This document shows positions 10,001 through 23,161 of a stretch of 43,172 bases of DNA, piece after piece; within the stretch, counting starts at the first letter, position 1; each line of letters begins with the position of its first letter. Made by a program: the position numbers and the translations under genes. The DNA lies in the NCBI RefSeq assembly GCF_001194135.2, contig NC_068990.1:89471645-89514816 (forward strand). The letters run 5' to 3'. Under the pieces are notes generated by a model, which searched no databases, was not told where the DNA came from, and was given only the letters and a program-made list of their open reading frames with translations. The stretch comes from Octopus bimaculoides. Its lineage: Eukaryota.

Positions 10001-10597
10001 TTGTTTTTATGAATTTTTTTTTAGTACCTGCATCCTGATTTGAAAATTCAATAAACCCTGTGCTGAGAGCCAATGCAAGGAACTGTTAGTAGCTCGTATC
10101 TTTATACTATGTACATTAAATGATATTTATTTCTGATTGGATAGAATACTTCTTTCGTTGATCTGGCCTTATCGGAACAGTAAGCTATACATACATACAT
10201 ACATACATACACACATACATACATACATACCAGGTTTATACCTGTAATTATTGGGACCCTGGGATATATAACACACTGCCTAAATACTAATCTTGAGAAA
10301 TTAAGCTTCTCAAAACCAGAAAGGAGAAAACTAATTCGAAGACTACAGATCCAATTCATCACTGGAACTGTAAAAATCTGTAAAACTTTCCAAACGTTTA
10401 ACATTTAAATATATATTAGTATATCTAGATATGTAACTATATGCATGAGAATACATAAAACATACATACACACATACACACATACATACATACCCTGTTG
10501 TTGATGTTGAAATTCCAATGAAGGAACCTTGGATCTAGGTTAGAAACCTGTTCTTTCTTTATTGGTATGAAATCTTGAAATAAACTGAATAATGACA

Positions 10598-10801
10598 TAC
10601 ATACATGCATACATACATACATACATACATACATACACGCACGCATAATACGTACGTACATACATACATGCATACATACGTACGTACACACAAACACACA
10701 CACACGTGCACACACATAATAGTCATACATATACATATGCATATATACATATATATATGTGTATATATGTGTATATACGCATGCTTATGCANNNNNNNNN
10801 N

Positions 10802-10858
<57 letters not shown>

Positions 10859-10990
10859 CACACACACACACACACACATATATATACGTATGTATATATA
10901 TTATATTCATGCATATACATGTGTGTTTGTGTATACATATGTGTATGGATTGCGTATTTGTATATATTCACACACATACATACACACACT
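10598..10990 (+). repeat. Compound (TACA)/(CA)/(TA) microsatellite with 10-N gap
   Basis: Direct reading. Confidence 0.95.
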
Positions 10991-11141
10991 ATCATAGACA
11001 TGCATGCGCACACACACACATTTACATGCATCTGTACATGTAAGCATATCATTTCAATAAAAGCCTGTTTTCTATATTAATTAGACACCAAATGAATCTG
11101 CATTAAGTTACCACTGGAAACTGATTATTATTTCATTGCAG

Positions 11142-11214
11142 GAGGTGAATAAATACAATGGCATTGATTATAACTACACTAACAATTATGTTTCTCTACA
11201 TTCAAACACAGTGT
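11142..11214 (+). CDS. Candidate first coding exon with signal-peptide-like ORF MALIITTLTIMFLYIQTQC (CDS from 11158)
   Basis: TATTTCATTGCAG acceptor (11140-11141), ATG in A-3/G+4 context, hydrophobic 19-aa stretch and GTCAGT donor at 11215. No downstream exon identified. Confidence 0.3.
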
Positions 11215-11330
11215 GTCAGTTTACTGTGTAATTCCAACAACCATAAAATTAACAATAACAGCAGCAGCAGCAGCAAAACAATAACAACAACAACAATAAT
11301 TTTTCTTTCTAATTTTAGGAACAATGACGA

Positions 11331-11518
11331 CAATTTTTGAGAGGAGAGGACAAGTTGATTGCATTGACCCCAGTACTGGTACATATTTTCTATCGACCCC
11401 GAAAGGATTAAAGGATAAGCCGACTTCGGCGGAATTTGAACTCAGAATGTAAAGAGCCGGACGAAATACCACTAAGCATTTTGTCTGGCTGTCAACAATT
11501 CTACTTGCTCTCCGCCTT
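11331..11518 (-). mobile_element. SINE family A
   Basis: GACCCCAGT, TATCGACCCCGAAAGG, GGAATTTGAACTCAG and terminal CCGCCTT. Confidence 0.9.
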
Positions 11519-11595
11519 AATAATAATAATAATAATAATAGTAGTAGTAGTAGTAAATAATAATAATAATAATAATAATGATGATGATAATAATA
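11519..11595 (+). repeat. Compound (TAA)(TAG)(TAA)(TGA) triplet microsatellite
   Basis: Direct reading. Confidence 0.95.
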
Positions 11596-11596
11596 G

Positions 11597-11778
11597 AGCC
11601 CAGTAGAACTGTTACAAAATGTTTGCCTCCTTGACACGGTCAGAATAATCAGGAAAGTATTAGATAACTGAAAACTATGAATAGCATGGTACCGTAGGCT
11701 GCAGGTAGTAAGTCCGCTACGCATACAAAACTCTAAGAGCTCCAAAAAAACCTGTGATAAAGAGAAAATAATAATAAT
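11597..11778 (+). mobile_element. 5'-truncated R4/Dong-type LINE 3' end with (AAT)n tail
   Basis: 11600-11671 translates PVELLQNVCLLDTVRIIRKVLDN*, matching the LLQK.CLLGTARI.RKVL terminus; AAT repeats at 11767-11778. Confidence 0.7.
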
Positions 11779-11784
11779 CATAGC

Positions 11785-12500
11785 ACTAAGAATCTAGAAA
11801 AGAACAAGACCGCCAATTCACTCCAAATAGACAAGTCACTAAACAGTGTGAGCTGGAGGAGGACTCGCCATCACAACTCCACTCATCTTGACACACATAA
11901 TTAGCTATTCTTAATTCTAACAGCCAGTCTATAGCCACGCTGTTATTGTGGACCATTAACCACGATAATGTCGCCGCTCTCACTCACCTTTCGTGTTATT
12001 GGAGGGTGGCATTTCCATCTCTTCACCCACCCATTCAAGTTGTACTAGAAGAATTTGATGAGCATTGTCCAATGAGTGAACACTCTGTTTTCAAACTTTC
12101 CCGCTGTGTCCATACCTGATGACATAAACCAGCAAATTAACAATGCATGGATGTTGAACGAGTCCGTGTTGGACGGTTTTGTCGACTTGCGCACATCTCA
12201 GACATATTCGGTTACCAGTGACGCCGACACGGCAATGAGGAGTGATTGCAGAGTTTATCACGAACAAACAATATATCCCTCCCTTCTAAGAATGGTAACC
12301 CAAGGACGTTTGCAAATTATCCACAATAAGTGACCTGAAATATCTCCTAGGAGAGTCTTCAGAATATCCTAGTTGGTGTTTAGAATCGCTCCGAAGCAAT
12401 TGCCACTCGTATCTTCCACTAACTCTCTTTATAATGCGAAGGTAGACTTTCCATCGACCATACGGTCCAGTTGGTCAAGTGCATAGAGAACTTTAGCACT
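11785..12500 (-). mobile_element. Diverged L1/Tx1-type LINE 3' fragment (zinc-knuckle region and probable 3' UTR)
   Basis: Minus-strand pieces VDNLQTSL, VRDKL and ICLRCAQVDKTVQHGLVQ match the RDKL..CPRC...ETV.H.L..C motif; many stops and frameshifts. Confidence 0.6.
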
Positions 12501-12544
12501 TTGGACATAAGAATAACTCGAATGATGTGGCGTTGACAACAGAA

Positions 12545-12700
12545 ACCAAGATTAAAATAACATGCAGCCAAATACCCCAAGACTTACAAGTATATGCAAC
12601 ATACGAAAGAACCTGGCATCATTAGGCGCTGCAAACACATTACGTAGAGTACTGTCAATACAATAAAAATAGAAATCCAGAAACAATGTATCTCATATAT
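12545..12700 (+). mobile_element. R4/Dong-type LINE extreme 3' fragment
   Basis: Translates TSICNIRKNLASLGAANTLRRVLSIQ* (stop 12664-12666), similar to NIQK.ALLGTA.ILRR.LSI. Confidence 0.6.
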
Positions 12701-12935
12701 GGAAGACATTCAGAGCCGCCATTGATAGTGCAGTGAATGCGTGCAACGAAGAATAATAACGATAACAATAATTATATGATAAAAACATTTATAGCAATAG
12801 TTAAATAATAGAAACAGCAATGATTATCAATAATAATGATAATAAAATATTGTTGAAGAGGAATATGATTATATGAAAAATATAAACGTACAATTGCATT
12901 TATGATAATGAATATACACGTTCGCACGGACACAG

Positions 12936-12937
<2 letters not shown>

Positions 12938-13015
<78 letters not shown>

Positions 13016-13032
13016 GCCTGTCTGTCTGTCTG
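12938..13032 (+). repeat. (TCTA)n(TCTG)n microsatellite
   Basis: Direct reading. Confidence 0.95.
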
Positions 13033-13280
13033 CCAGCATGCCTGTCTGTCTGTCTTCCGCCCTCTTTCTGAATATGTTTATGCTACGGAACCTCCCCAAA
13101 CTAGGCGTTATCCAAGCCTATTATGACTACCTATGAAGAAAACCAACCAATATAAATGTAAGTAATCTCCACAAGCCATGAATTCACAAACACTTTGTTC
13201 TTTACTAGAATGAAGGACAACTGAAAATAACGAGATTGAGATATAGAGAATTCACGTGAAAAACATAAACGCTGCTCGGG

Positions 13281-13282
<2 letters not shown>

Positions 13283-13319
<37 letters not shown>

Positions 13320-13347
13320 TTAGATATATATATACATGCATACATAT

Positions 13348-13410
<63 letters not shown>

Positions 13411-13698
13411 CATATATGTATATATATATAAATATGTACGTATGTATATATATGTATACATATACATATATACATATTTATATGCACACACATATATATA
13501 TTCATACATACATGAATATATATATACACACACACGCAAACAAACATATACTTTGATAATTCTCTCTACACCTTCCAATATACTTTTTAACGCACGTCGC
13601 CATTACATATATACATTACATATATACAATCCCACACTCATATATATATATAAATATGCATATATGTATATGTGTGCACACGCACGCACGCGCACACG

Positions 13699-13733
<35 letters not shown>

Positions 13734-13735
13734 GT
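13283..13735 (+). repeat. Long compound (TA)/(TACA)/(CA) microsatellite region
   Basis: Direct reading. Confidence 0.9.
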
Positions 13736-13948
13736 ATATGATGATAATTATGTTTTCAAATGGAAATCATCAACGGAGAGAGAAAAAAAAAACACTCAAT
13801 ATAAACATGAAGCAATGTATATTTATTTTAACTAAATAATTTGATGCACTTCAAGCATCGCCTGTCGATTTTTCAAACTCTATGATGAAGTATTCAGAGC
13901 AATTGAGAATTTATACACACGCACACACACACTCATACACATTTTGCA

Positions 13949-13967
13949 TATCTATCTATCTATTTAT

Positions 13968-14022
<55 letters not shown>

Positions 14023-14100
14023 CATGAATGTACGATGAATGTGTGTGTGTGTGTGTGTGTGTGCGTGCGTACGTGTGTGTGCGTGTGCGTGCGTGTGTGT
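13949..14100 (+). repeat. (TCTA)n and (TG)n microsatellites
   Basis: Direct reading. Confidence 0.9.
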
Positions 14101-15179
14101 TTGTTATAAATTCAACGAGGAGTTGGAAAAGTTCCAGTAAATACCATTAGGTACGCCTTAATATTTATATAAAGAAACAATTTTTCTCCACAATTAGATT
14201 TGATTGAAATTAATGCTTTTAATTCATTGAGTGACCTCGACTTTTATCTGTTGCACCAAAGGCGACGTGGGCAGAGAGAAATGAGTACATATATTACACT
14301 ATTACCATCATTTCAAATTCAAAAAGTATTTGTTTTGTTTTTACTCTTAAATCAATATTTCTAAAAGAATATACGATGTACTATTTCCACCTCTATATAG
14401 ATTTCACTTTGTTCCTGCTTCTTCATATTTATACTCAAGACATAATCTTTTATTACTTTCATAACATAATTACATAAAAGTCAGTATAATCTTCACAATC
14501 TTATTTTCTATTTAATTACAAAGCCGTTAGCATAAACCAAAGGTATTTACTTATTAATTTTTATTATTATTATTATTATTATTAATCTAATATACCTTCT
14601 AGTTTGTTATTGAAATAGAAACAGTTTGTATTTAAATACAGTTTTTTTTTACATGCAGCATTTAATTTTTAAAAAAGTCTAATAATTTTCTTTGCACTCG
14701 CATGGCTTCTTTAAGTCCGTTCCTATTTTCTACAAAGATGAAAGACCAATTTTCTCACGTAGTACATTAACCTGCTTCCAGAGATTTTGTTTATCATCTC
14801 TGATAACCTTTTACTTCGCATTTTATTCTATTTCCATTCTATATCTTTAGTACTGCCACTTAAATTTTTGTTCTATAATAACCAAGTTCTTAACTGTTCA
14901 GCCCTTGTCTAAAAAGACAAGAGGAACAGATCGAAAAAGAACGCCAGTGTAACCAGGAGAGCCCACGCTATACATGCTTTCATTCCGAGACATTAACTGA
15001 AAAATGCAACGTCTATGCTTAAGAACATTTAGTATTTAAAGGAAATGACATAAACATGATAATAAAATTAGAAATAATATTCTGGGTACTCACTTATATA
15101 AACACTTCCAGAATATTCTCCCTTTGCATCGCAGAAAAATACATCATTATCACAGCAAATAAGATCATATCACGCTGCA

Positions 15180-15285
15180 GATTATATCGACCCCAGTGTT
15201 CAACTGGTACTTATTTTATTGACCCCGGAAGGATGAAAGGCAAAGTCACCTCTTGGGGACATCCGAATCTTGAGCATAAAGACAA
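15180..15285 (-). mobile_element. SINE family A internal fragment
   Basis: ATCGACCCCAGTGTTCAACTGGTACTTATTTTATTGACCCCGGAAGGATGAAAGGCAAAGTC. Confidence 0.85.
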
Positions 15286-17015
15286 AATCAATCAAATATT
15301 ACAATAAAATATGTAAATTGTGCACCACGATTTTGTTTTCTAAGTCCCTCCTTTTTTTCAGCTAATTTACCTGTATTTACGATACAAATAATCACAAAAA
15401 GTTTAATATAGAGTGTAACCCGTGAAACAGTCTATTGTAAAATTAATACCATGTCTTGTTAGGTCCTATGTTATTTATTTTCATTATAGTGTATATTTTT
15501 GTATACATTCTAATATTTTTCTAATAATATTTTTCTAATATGTAAAACCGCAGTTTATACCAAATGTATGTAAAGAATTCAACCAACCGGATTCTTTATA
15601 TTACAGCCAACTATGATGGTCTTAAAATAACTCGAATAAAAAGAAGTAAATATAGAATGCTTCCGATTTTTCGTAAATAAAATTTTTCATTCTCAAATAA
15701 TAGTGACACATGAACTTTAAAACTGTCATGTACAGATGTAAACATAGATGTCAAGGAAGTGAATCCGCGGTGTATCTCTTTTTATAATGTTCGCCAGGAA
15801 TTTAAACTTTTATCTCCTTACTCTACGTATATAAAAAAAATAAAAACGAAACAAAGATGCTTCGGAAAAATGTTTTTTTTTTTATAGATATTTCATGAGA
15901 CGAATGTCATCTTCCAAAACAGGTCAAAATGATTTTTGTCTTTCATCTACATTTTGTGCTTTTGTAAATAAGAAAATAGTGAAGATATAAAATCGACAAA
16001 ACCATACAAATCGATTTTATATCCTCTCCATTTTCTTATTTGCCTTATAAATCCTGGGTAAATTTCCAATTTACCCCCGACTTACCTAGTATTCAAATGC
16101 AATATTGCCATGCAATAGTAAGCACTTGGTTATATATATATATATAATAATAATACAAATAATATGTGAGTATATGCATATATATACGTACATGTATGTA
16201 CATACCTACATCTACATGTATATATAGATGCATATCTGGGTACAGGACGTCACAAAAAAACGTGGACAAAATGAAAAACAACATAAACAGAACACAGAAA
16301 ACAAACAGGCCACATAGAGAACATTTCCCTCATCAGCTGCCCCTATTCTAAACTAAGCGTTTCTAAGAGTTAGGGCAGGACGCATTGTTAGAATAGCTCT
16401 TCCCGCGAAAACAAATTAAATAAAATTTGTGATGCGGAGGAATTAAGTGGCAAACAGAAAACACAAGAAAACGAAACAGGGTAAATACACGCGCTCATAC
16501 ACACATATATGCATATAGATTAGATATACACATATACTCACATATACTAAATTTATATGATATGCTTCTGTGCAGGTTCTGCCTGCTAAATTTCAATCAC
16601 GCAATTCAGTTGACTTAAAGACAGCGCAAAATACCCTTGATCAAAAGAGGTACCTCGCAGTATCGAACCTGAAATCACGAAGTGGTAGAGCAAACTTTTC
16701 AACTACAAAGTCACTGAAAGGGAAACACTATGTGTGTAAAAGAAACATAATTGCTTTTGGTTAGGTTTATGTCAAGATAGGAAAGAGACACAGCACAAAA
16801 GAAATGACAAGCTTTCACAAGAAAGCCGAGGAAGCTATTGACAGGGTCAATAGAAGTTTACAACGTTCAAGACTTTAAGGCAGTGTTTGGCTATCATAAC
16901 ATGTGGACAATTTATAAAGATTCCTCATCGACCAATATCAACAAAGAATTACTTATATTCAATTTACAATAGCCGATTTAGAACGTCCTTGCCATTTTGG
17001 GCAGCGCGATATGCA

Positions 17016-17016
<1 letters not shown>

Positions 17017-17084
<68 letters not shown>

Positions 17085-17085
17085 G
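17017..17085 (+). repeat. (TCTA)n microsatellite
   Basis: Direct reading. Confidence 0.95.
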
Positions 17086-17466
17086 TCTGATACTATATGT
17101 GTATATATAATATCATATATTCATATAATAAGTATAACATATATATACACACATAATATTGAATAAATATTTGTGCGTGTGTAATACATTTACATACATT
17201 TATGTATAAAAATTACACACTTTCTTACACAACCACACATGCATATGTATGTATCAACATTTATTTGTCTATGTTTATCTATTACACACATGTATACTAT
17301 CATGTATTATATTATATCAATATTATATAATATATATACATTTGAAAAGGATTTGTCAGTTTACCGTGAGAAAGTGAATCTGGTGGTTTTGTGAAGATTC
17401 TTTCATATTTACTGCCTTGAATAACGCAAGTTCACGATGAAAAGACTGTCAACAATGGATGAAACA

Positions 17467-17585
<119 letters not shown>

Positions 17586-17598
17586 TATTTTCATTTCT

Positions 17599-17780
17599 AA
17601 AGGCAGCAAGTTAGCTGAATTGTGATAACGTCGGACGAAATGCTTAGTAGTATTTCGTTCGTCTTTACGTTCTGAGTTCAAATCCCTCCGCGGTCGACTT
17701 TGCCTTTCATCCTTCGGAGATCGATAAAATAAGTACCAGTAGAGCACTGGGGTCGATTCAATTGACTTAGCCCCTTCTAT
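17599..17780 (+). mobile_element. SINE family A
   Basis: AAGGCAGCAAG head, CTGAGTTCAAATCC B-box, GACTTTGCCTTTCATCC and CTGGGGTCGAT core. Confidence 0.9.
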
Positions 17781-17784
17781 CCTT

Positions 17785-20700
17785 TTTCAAGTTTTGCTCT
17801 CAAATTCTTCGTCGCAGTTTTCAAGGTTCAAATAACTACTGGCAGAGTTTTGATCTTGTTAATTTCTTTGTTCCATCATTTGAGGATTTCATATTCGGTA
17901 TAACACTACGTTTTCTTTTTCTTTTTCTTTTTTGACTCTGGTATCGAATGGGTTTGTCACATCGATTACAATATGTAATTTGTTCTTATTAGCAACAGCT
18001 ACAATATCTATTTTTGCGGTTTAAGAGAATGCCATAACAACCTAACTTCATTTTTGGAGTCCCTCACCTCCATCTGCACGAGATGATCTGGCAAAAGTTC
18101 CTGTGAATTATTGTAGCAAGCTTATGATGTCTACGTTTTGTATTCAATCTGAGCTAATTGTGGATATTCCGTACGATGAGAGCTATAGTCTCACCAAAAG
18201 CATCATATATTTTATATCTTGGGGATAAGTCCGACCGATTTATCATTCTCTCGATCCAGTTTACCTTTAAGATCTCTTCGTGTGCTGCTATAATCACTTT
18301 TTTGGCCTCTTTCTCCAACACACCTCTTTTTTTGTAGCCATAGATAACTTTGTCATTTCTTATAGATTTAGTCTTTTTCTAAAAACGTCGAATGAAAATT
18401 CTTTTCTTCAAAATTTCTTTTTCTCTTTTCCACATTTCCCAGTTTCGTCTTTTTGAATTTCTGTATTCTGTAAATAGACCTTCACTTACTTGCTTAAGGA
18501 GTATTTTTCTTTTTCTTCTAGATAAGAACCTAAAATTATGTTCTCTAGTTCCTCTACTTTAACACTCATTAACTCTCTTTCTCCTGTTCCTTTTCATAAT
18601 AACCGGTCCATATCCGATTGGGGACGCATGCTCCTGTGCTCCGTGAGCCGCCTCCTCATTTTCTTGTTGATATCCTTCTACTAATTCTTCCATCATTCAA
18701 TAATTTCTACTCTATATCTTATAAGTCATACTGATCTCAAGTTCATTGCTTGAATGATGTTTCCTGCATTCAGTTTCGATTTATTCTACAAAAATATCTT
18801 TTGCTGACGGTTTTCTTCATTTCTATACTTTTGTTAATATCACTTTTTAGTATTGCCACATATGTTTCTTTTGTGTTTATTGATTTTATATGCTCATCAT
18901 TGGGTAGATCTATTCCTGTACTTTTCATGTATTTTCTCCAATTGATACCTGCAATATCATATTTCTCGATTCCAAATGTCATGCCAGTGTCGTTTTACAC
19001 TTTGCACTAAAAAGTCCCTTTGCCAAAAAGCTTTAAATCATCCATAAATAGATGATTTCTTCCCCAATGAATATCTCCCCTTAACTTTGTTCAGTAGAAT
19101 CGACAAAAGTATCAGTGCCTTTATAAACAATATAAGAGAGAAGCTGTATTCTTGAATCCTCTTTTTATCAGTATATTTGATACTCTTTTCCCTCCAGATG
19201 TTAACACTGTTTTCCAATACAGCATTGCATTTTCTAACAGGCATCTTTTTGAGATCTTGGGACCGCACGATCCCAGAGCATGGAACTAGGTATGACACTT
19301 TCCTATAATCGATCTACGCGATGCATAATTGTGTGACTCTCTTTCTGAAACTCCTTAAGACTATCGTGTCAATTATTAATTAGTCTTTCCTTCCTTTGTT
19401 CTTCATTTTGACAGCTTTTCTGCTCATCAGACATTAAGTGTTTCTCATAAAGGTGTTGGTATACCTCTTCTGTAATTATCACTTAGGAGGTTTCACATAA
19501 ATTGTAGACATGTAATGGTTGGTAATTAGAGCTAGCGTTTCCTTTCAATTTATCTTTCGTTATGAAGCAAGTTCTTTCTTTCTCCGTTTACCACAGTAGT
19601 ACATAACTCTTTGACATGCATTCATTTAATTGCATTTCTATGGTTTCGTGGAAAATTGTTAAAATTTTCAACCAGGAACCATGAATAAGTTCTGATCCAG
19701 CAGCTTTCAGCTTGCCTACATTTTCTTTATTTACTTTCGAATATATGTCTTTATGATGGTTACATCTTTCTGCGCTTCAACATTTGCAACTTGCTGTATG
19801 CACTGTGTTTTGTTATCGGGTTCGGCAGTTCTCCCCACTCAGTCATAACTTACTTTTTCCACATTTCGGTCTTATGTTATAATTTACCTCACTTCCTTTA
19901 AGAATATCAACAAGAAGCTTCTACTTCGATTCAAAAAGGCGATTTTCCTTGTATTTGTTGTCACTCGCTTCGCACCTTCTGGTTTTGGTTGCTTTCGTCT
20001 TTACTCTTTGCTTAGTTCTTCGATCATTATCCGCTTTACATGATACATTCCCTGTAATCTACTTTCCATTTCCTCTTCCTTTATTTACTCTACTTCTATT
20101 GGTCCAGCTCACGTATATATTTCTTTCTTTCCTTTTCTCCCAACATTTTTGAAACTACATAAACATCTACTTATAAAAATGTTGTGTTATCCTTTATTGT
20201 TTTGATTAAACACACTGCTCACTTTCGATGTTCTGTTTTAACCTCAGTTCAACTCATTGTCTTCAAATCTGGAAAAATTCTAAGCACAGGAATGCCTCTA
20301 GTTCTTTCAGTTTCTGCCTCAGTTTTCAAGGATTTCTTAAAGACTGTCCGCACCAAAATCCCCTCCCTCTTGTAAGCACCTTCATGTCCTTGTTTCAAAT
20401 GCGAGCTTTGTTTCTCATAGTCAGCCATGATGACGCATTGTTCTGCTTCTCTGAAGAGTTATTGTCTTCCATCTGACTTTGGTTAGTTCTTGTAATTCTT
20501 AGTAAATGTTCCTCTGTATTTCTCCAATTCTAAATCAGAGTCACAGTATTTTGCTTGCTAGCTGTTGTTCTCTGAATTTAAAGATTCCCTCATCGTTTTC
20601 AAATGCTCAGCATGGTTTGTCTGAATCTTCTCTTCCTTGGTTCTCACTTCGTAATTAACATCCCGTTGCTATCCTGCTGTGGATATGATAGTGGACTGCC

Positions 20701-20990
20701 ATATACATTATAATGTACAAACAACTGTAGATTCAGTCTGAATGGCCATTGATTCTTTTGAATGTGTTCGCCCTTTGCTAGATTTTGTTTTCCGTTCTGC
20801 AGGTTGTCCAGATATAGAACCCACTCCCCCCGCTACAAGGTTGTTCCTCCACAGAGCCTGCTCCTCTCCGAGCAGGTTCTGTGGAGTTGCCGAATTTACT
20901 CGACCATTGTTTCCCTCCTTTGTGTTCATCCATTCTTTTCGTTTTCGTATAGAGTGGCGCCCAGAAGGAGCGTCTCCTGTAGGATTGTAA
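17785..20990 (-). mobile_element. Near full-length degenerate R4/Dong-type non-LTR retrotransposon (single ORF: N-terminal domain, RT, CCHC, REL)
   Basis: Ordered minus-strand motifs across frameshifts: REQQLAS..SDLELE (~20550), WKAAG.D..HG.WLK-like (~19690), IDYRKV..VP (~19300), FMDDLKLF (FMDD at 19037-19048), FGIEK...IDLPNDEHIK, PQSDMDRL, ETI....PQLAQIEYK/RRHHKLA, IDIVAV...IVIDVTNPFD.RV, LPVVI. Confidence 0.9.
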
Positions 20991-21084
20991 TGTTCTACAT
21001 TCTGAGTTTACAAGATGAGTTATGAAGAAATTGAAAGGAGAGAATTAAATAAAAATAAAAGAACTGAAATAGTTAACATAATTC

Positions 21085-21115
<31 letters not shown>

Positions 21116-21218
21116 CTTCTTCTTCTTCTTCTTCTTCTTCTTCTTCTTCTTCTTCTTCTTCTTCTTCTTCTTCTTCTTCTTCTTCTTCTTCTTCTTCTTC
21201 TTCTTCTTCTTCTTCTTT
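21085..21218 (+). repeat. Long perfect (TTC)n microsatellite
   Basis: Direct reading. Confidence 0.95.
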
Positions 21219-22531
21219 TGTTGTTAATGAAATTACATACGTATATATCCAAAGCAGCTGCTATCGGGATCTATCTAGAGTGTATATAAAATTGATAATT
21301 TTACGATTTTTACTATTTTACTAAACTGATTGCTTTTATGGTCTGTTTTTCAACCCCGCACTTCACTTTCTCATTCATTAAACTCACTTCCTGTTTCATC
21401 TTTAAACAGAAATACACTCCATCGTCATATAGTGCCGCCAAGCAAACTTATATGGCAATTTTCATTTTATATTCGGATTATAACAATTATGATTTTAGTG
21501 AACAAATCAAAATACTTTTACGTTTCCCTGTTTTATAACTTTCACCGTTTCAGGGTTATTTTAATAATTTTCCGTTTCTATTTCATGAAATTATTTCACT
21601 ATTTATTTATTTATTAATTTTTTTTTTCTTTTCAATCTTTCTTATAAATGGTAAAAGCTATTTCGCTTACGGTTTCATTTCCATTTCATATTTCTATAAC
21701 TTTCGATGTATATTATTTTACTTGTTTATTTTAACCTTTCCTACAAATGTTACAAAACTATTTCAGCTTATTTATTCCAATCTTCTTTATATATATTTAA
21801 GAAAAAATAAAATTTACGAGGATCTGGTAAGTGACCTGAGTCTAAATGATTTCTTTATATATTTAAATCATTCTTATAAATGTTTAAAAGATATTTCAAT
21901 GATTTTTTCAGTTCCCATCTTTCTTGGAAATGTTAAAAATAATACTTTATGTACATCATTTGTTAAGGGAACATTGGCTGCGATGAATGGTTACATTCAG
22001 GCTTTGTGGTTGTATGTAGTTGACAAGCTGAATCGAAAGTGTCAAAAGTGGAATTGCTATTAGTAGTAATGCATAATAATTATTGTTAAAATAAATTTAC
22101 AATTTGAACCCACACAGATATGTTAAAGCAACAAAACCTACTGAATTAATTTTTATATTGAATCAGAACAATTAATATTTATGCCAATTTGAAAAATAAA
22201 TTAAAGTGCCAGTTCAGAAGCTATAGTCTTTCTTTGGCGTCTGTTATTGCTGCTCTTATAGCTGACACAGCTGCAGGTCAATTAGATCGCATTATTAATA
22301 AAATAGATAACTAAATACTTCAGAAAATTTATCGAAGGATGGATGCTAGTTCGTCTGTTGCTGTGATGGAAAACTATAGCTATCTCTTCTCACTTCTCCA
22401 TCACTAGTGTTGCCAAATAGTCTGTAGTTACACATTAAAGAAAGAGGTGCCCACGAAACATCTGAACCCACAATAATGCTGTTGCTTTGGTGGCAACCCC
22501 AACAATCAACTGGGTACACAAAGCTCACCTT

Positions 22532-22533
22532 TC

Positions 22534-22624
<91 letters not shown>

Positions 22625-22790
22625 GCCTGTCTGTCTGTCTGTCTCTCTGTCTCTCTGTCTGTCTGTCTGTCCGTCTGTCTGTCTGTCTCTCTCTCTCTCT
22701 GTCTCTCTCTGTCTCTCTCTCTGTCTCTGTCTCTGTCTNNNNNNNNNNTCTGTCTGTGTCTCTCTGTGTGTCTGTCTGTCTGTCTATCTA

Positions 22791-22856
<66 letters not shown>
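22532..22856 (+). repeat. (CTGT)n/(CT)n compound microsatellite with 10-N gap
   Basis: Direct reading. Confidence 0.95.
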
Positions 22857-23104
22857 CACTACATTCTACTCCTCTTGTATAGTAATAATGGGTGACAGCT
22901 TGGACAGAAGAAGATAGCAAACGCACTCTGATTCCAATAAATTTCTATAAATATCGTTCCAGAGGCTACAGGTTGAAATCAATGTTGCCAGAAAGCGTCA
23001 GCGATTGATGCAGCAGTAAACATTCGATGTGCAAATCAAGATCCCAAGGCTCCGACCTCGCAACATCGCATAAATTATGCTTTAAGTTCGACTTCCTCGA
23101 CAAT

Positions 23105-23161
23105 CATGATGATGATGGTGATGATGATGATGGTGATGATGATGATGGTGATGATGATGAG
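23105..23161 (+). repeat. (GAT)n with periodic GGT interruptions
   Basis: Direct reading. Confidence 0.9.

Noticed and set aside
16220-16680. Probable interspersed repeat and SINE B remnants
   Set aside because: Too diverged to delimit or classify from this window alone.
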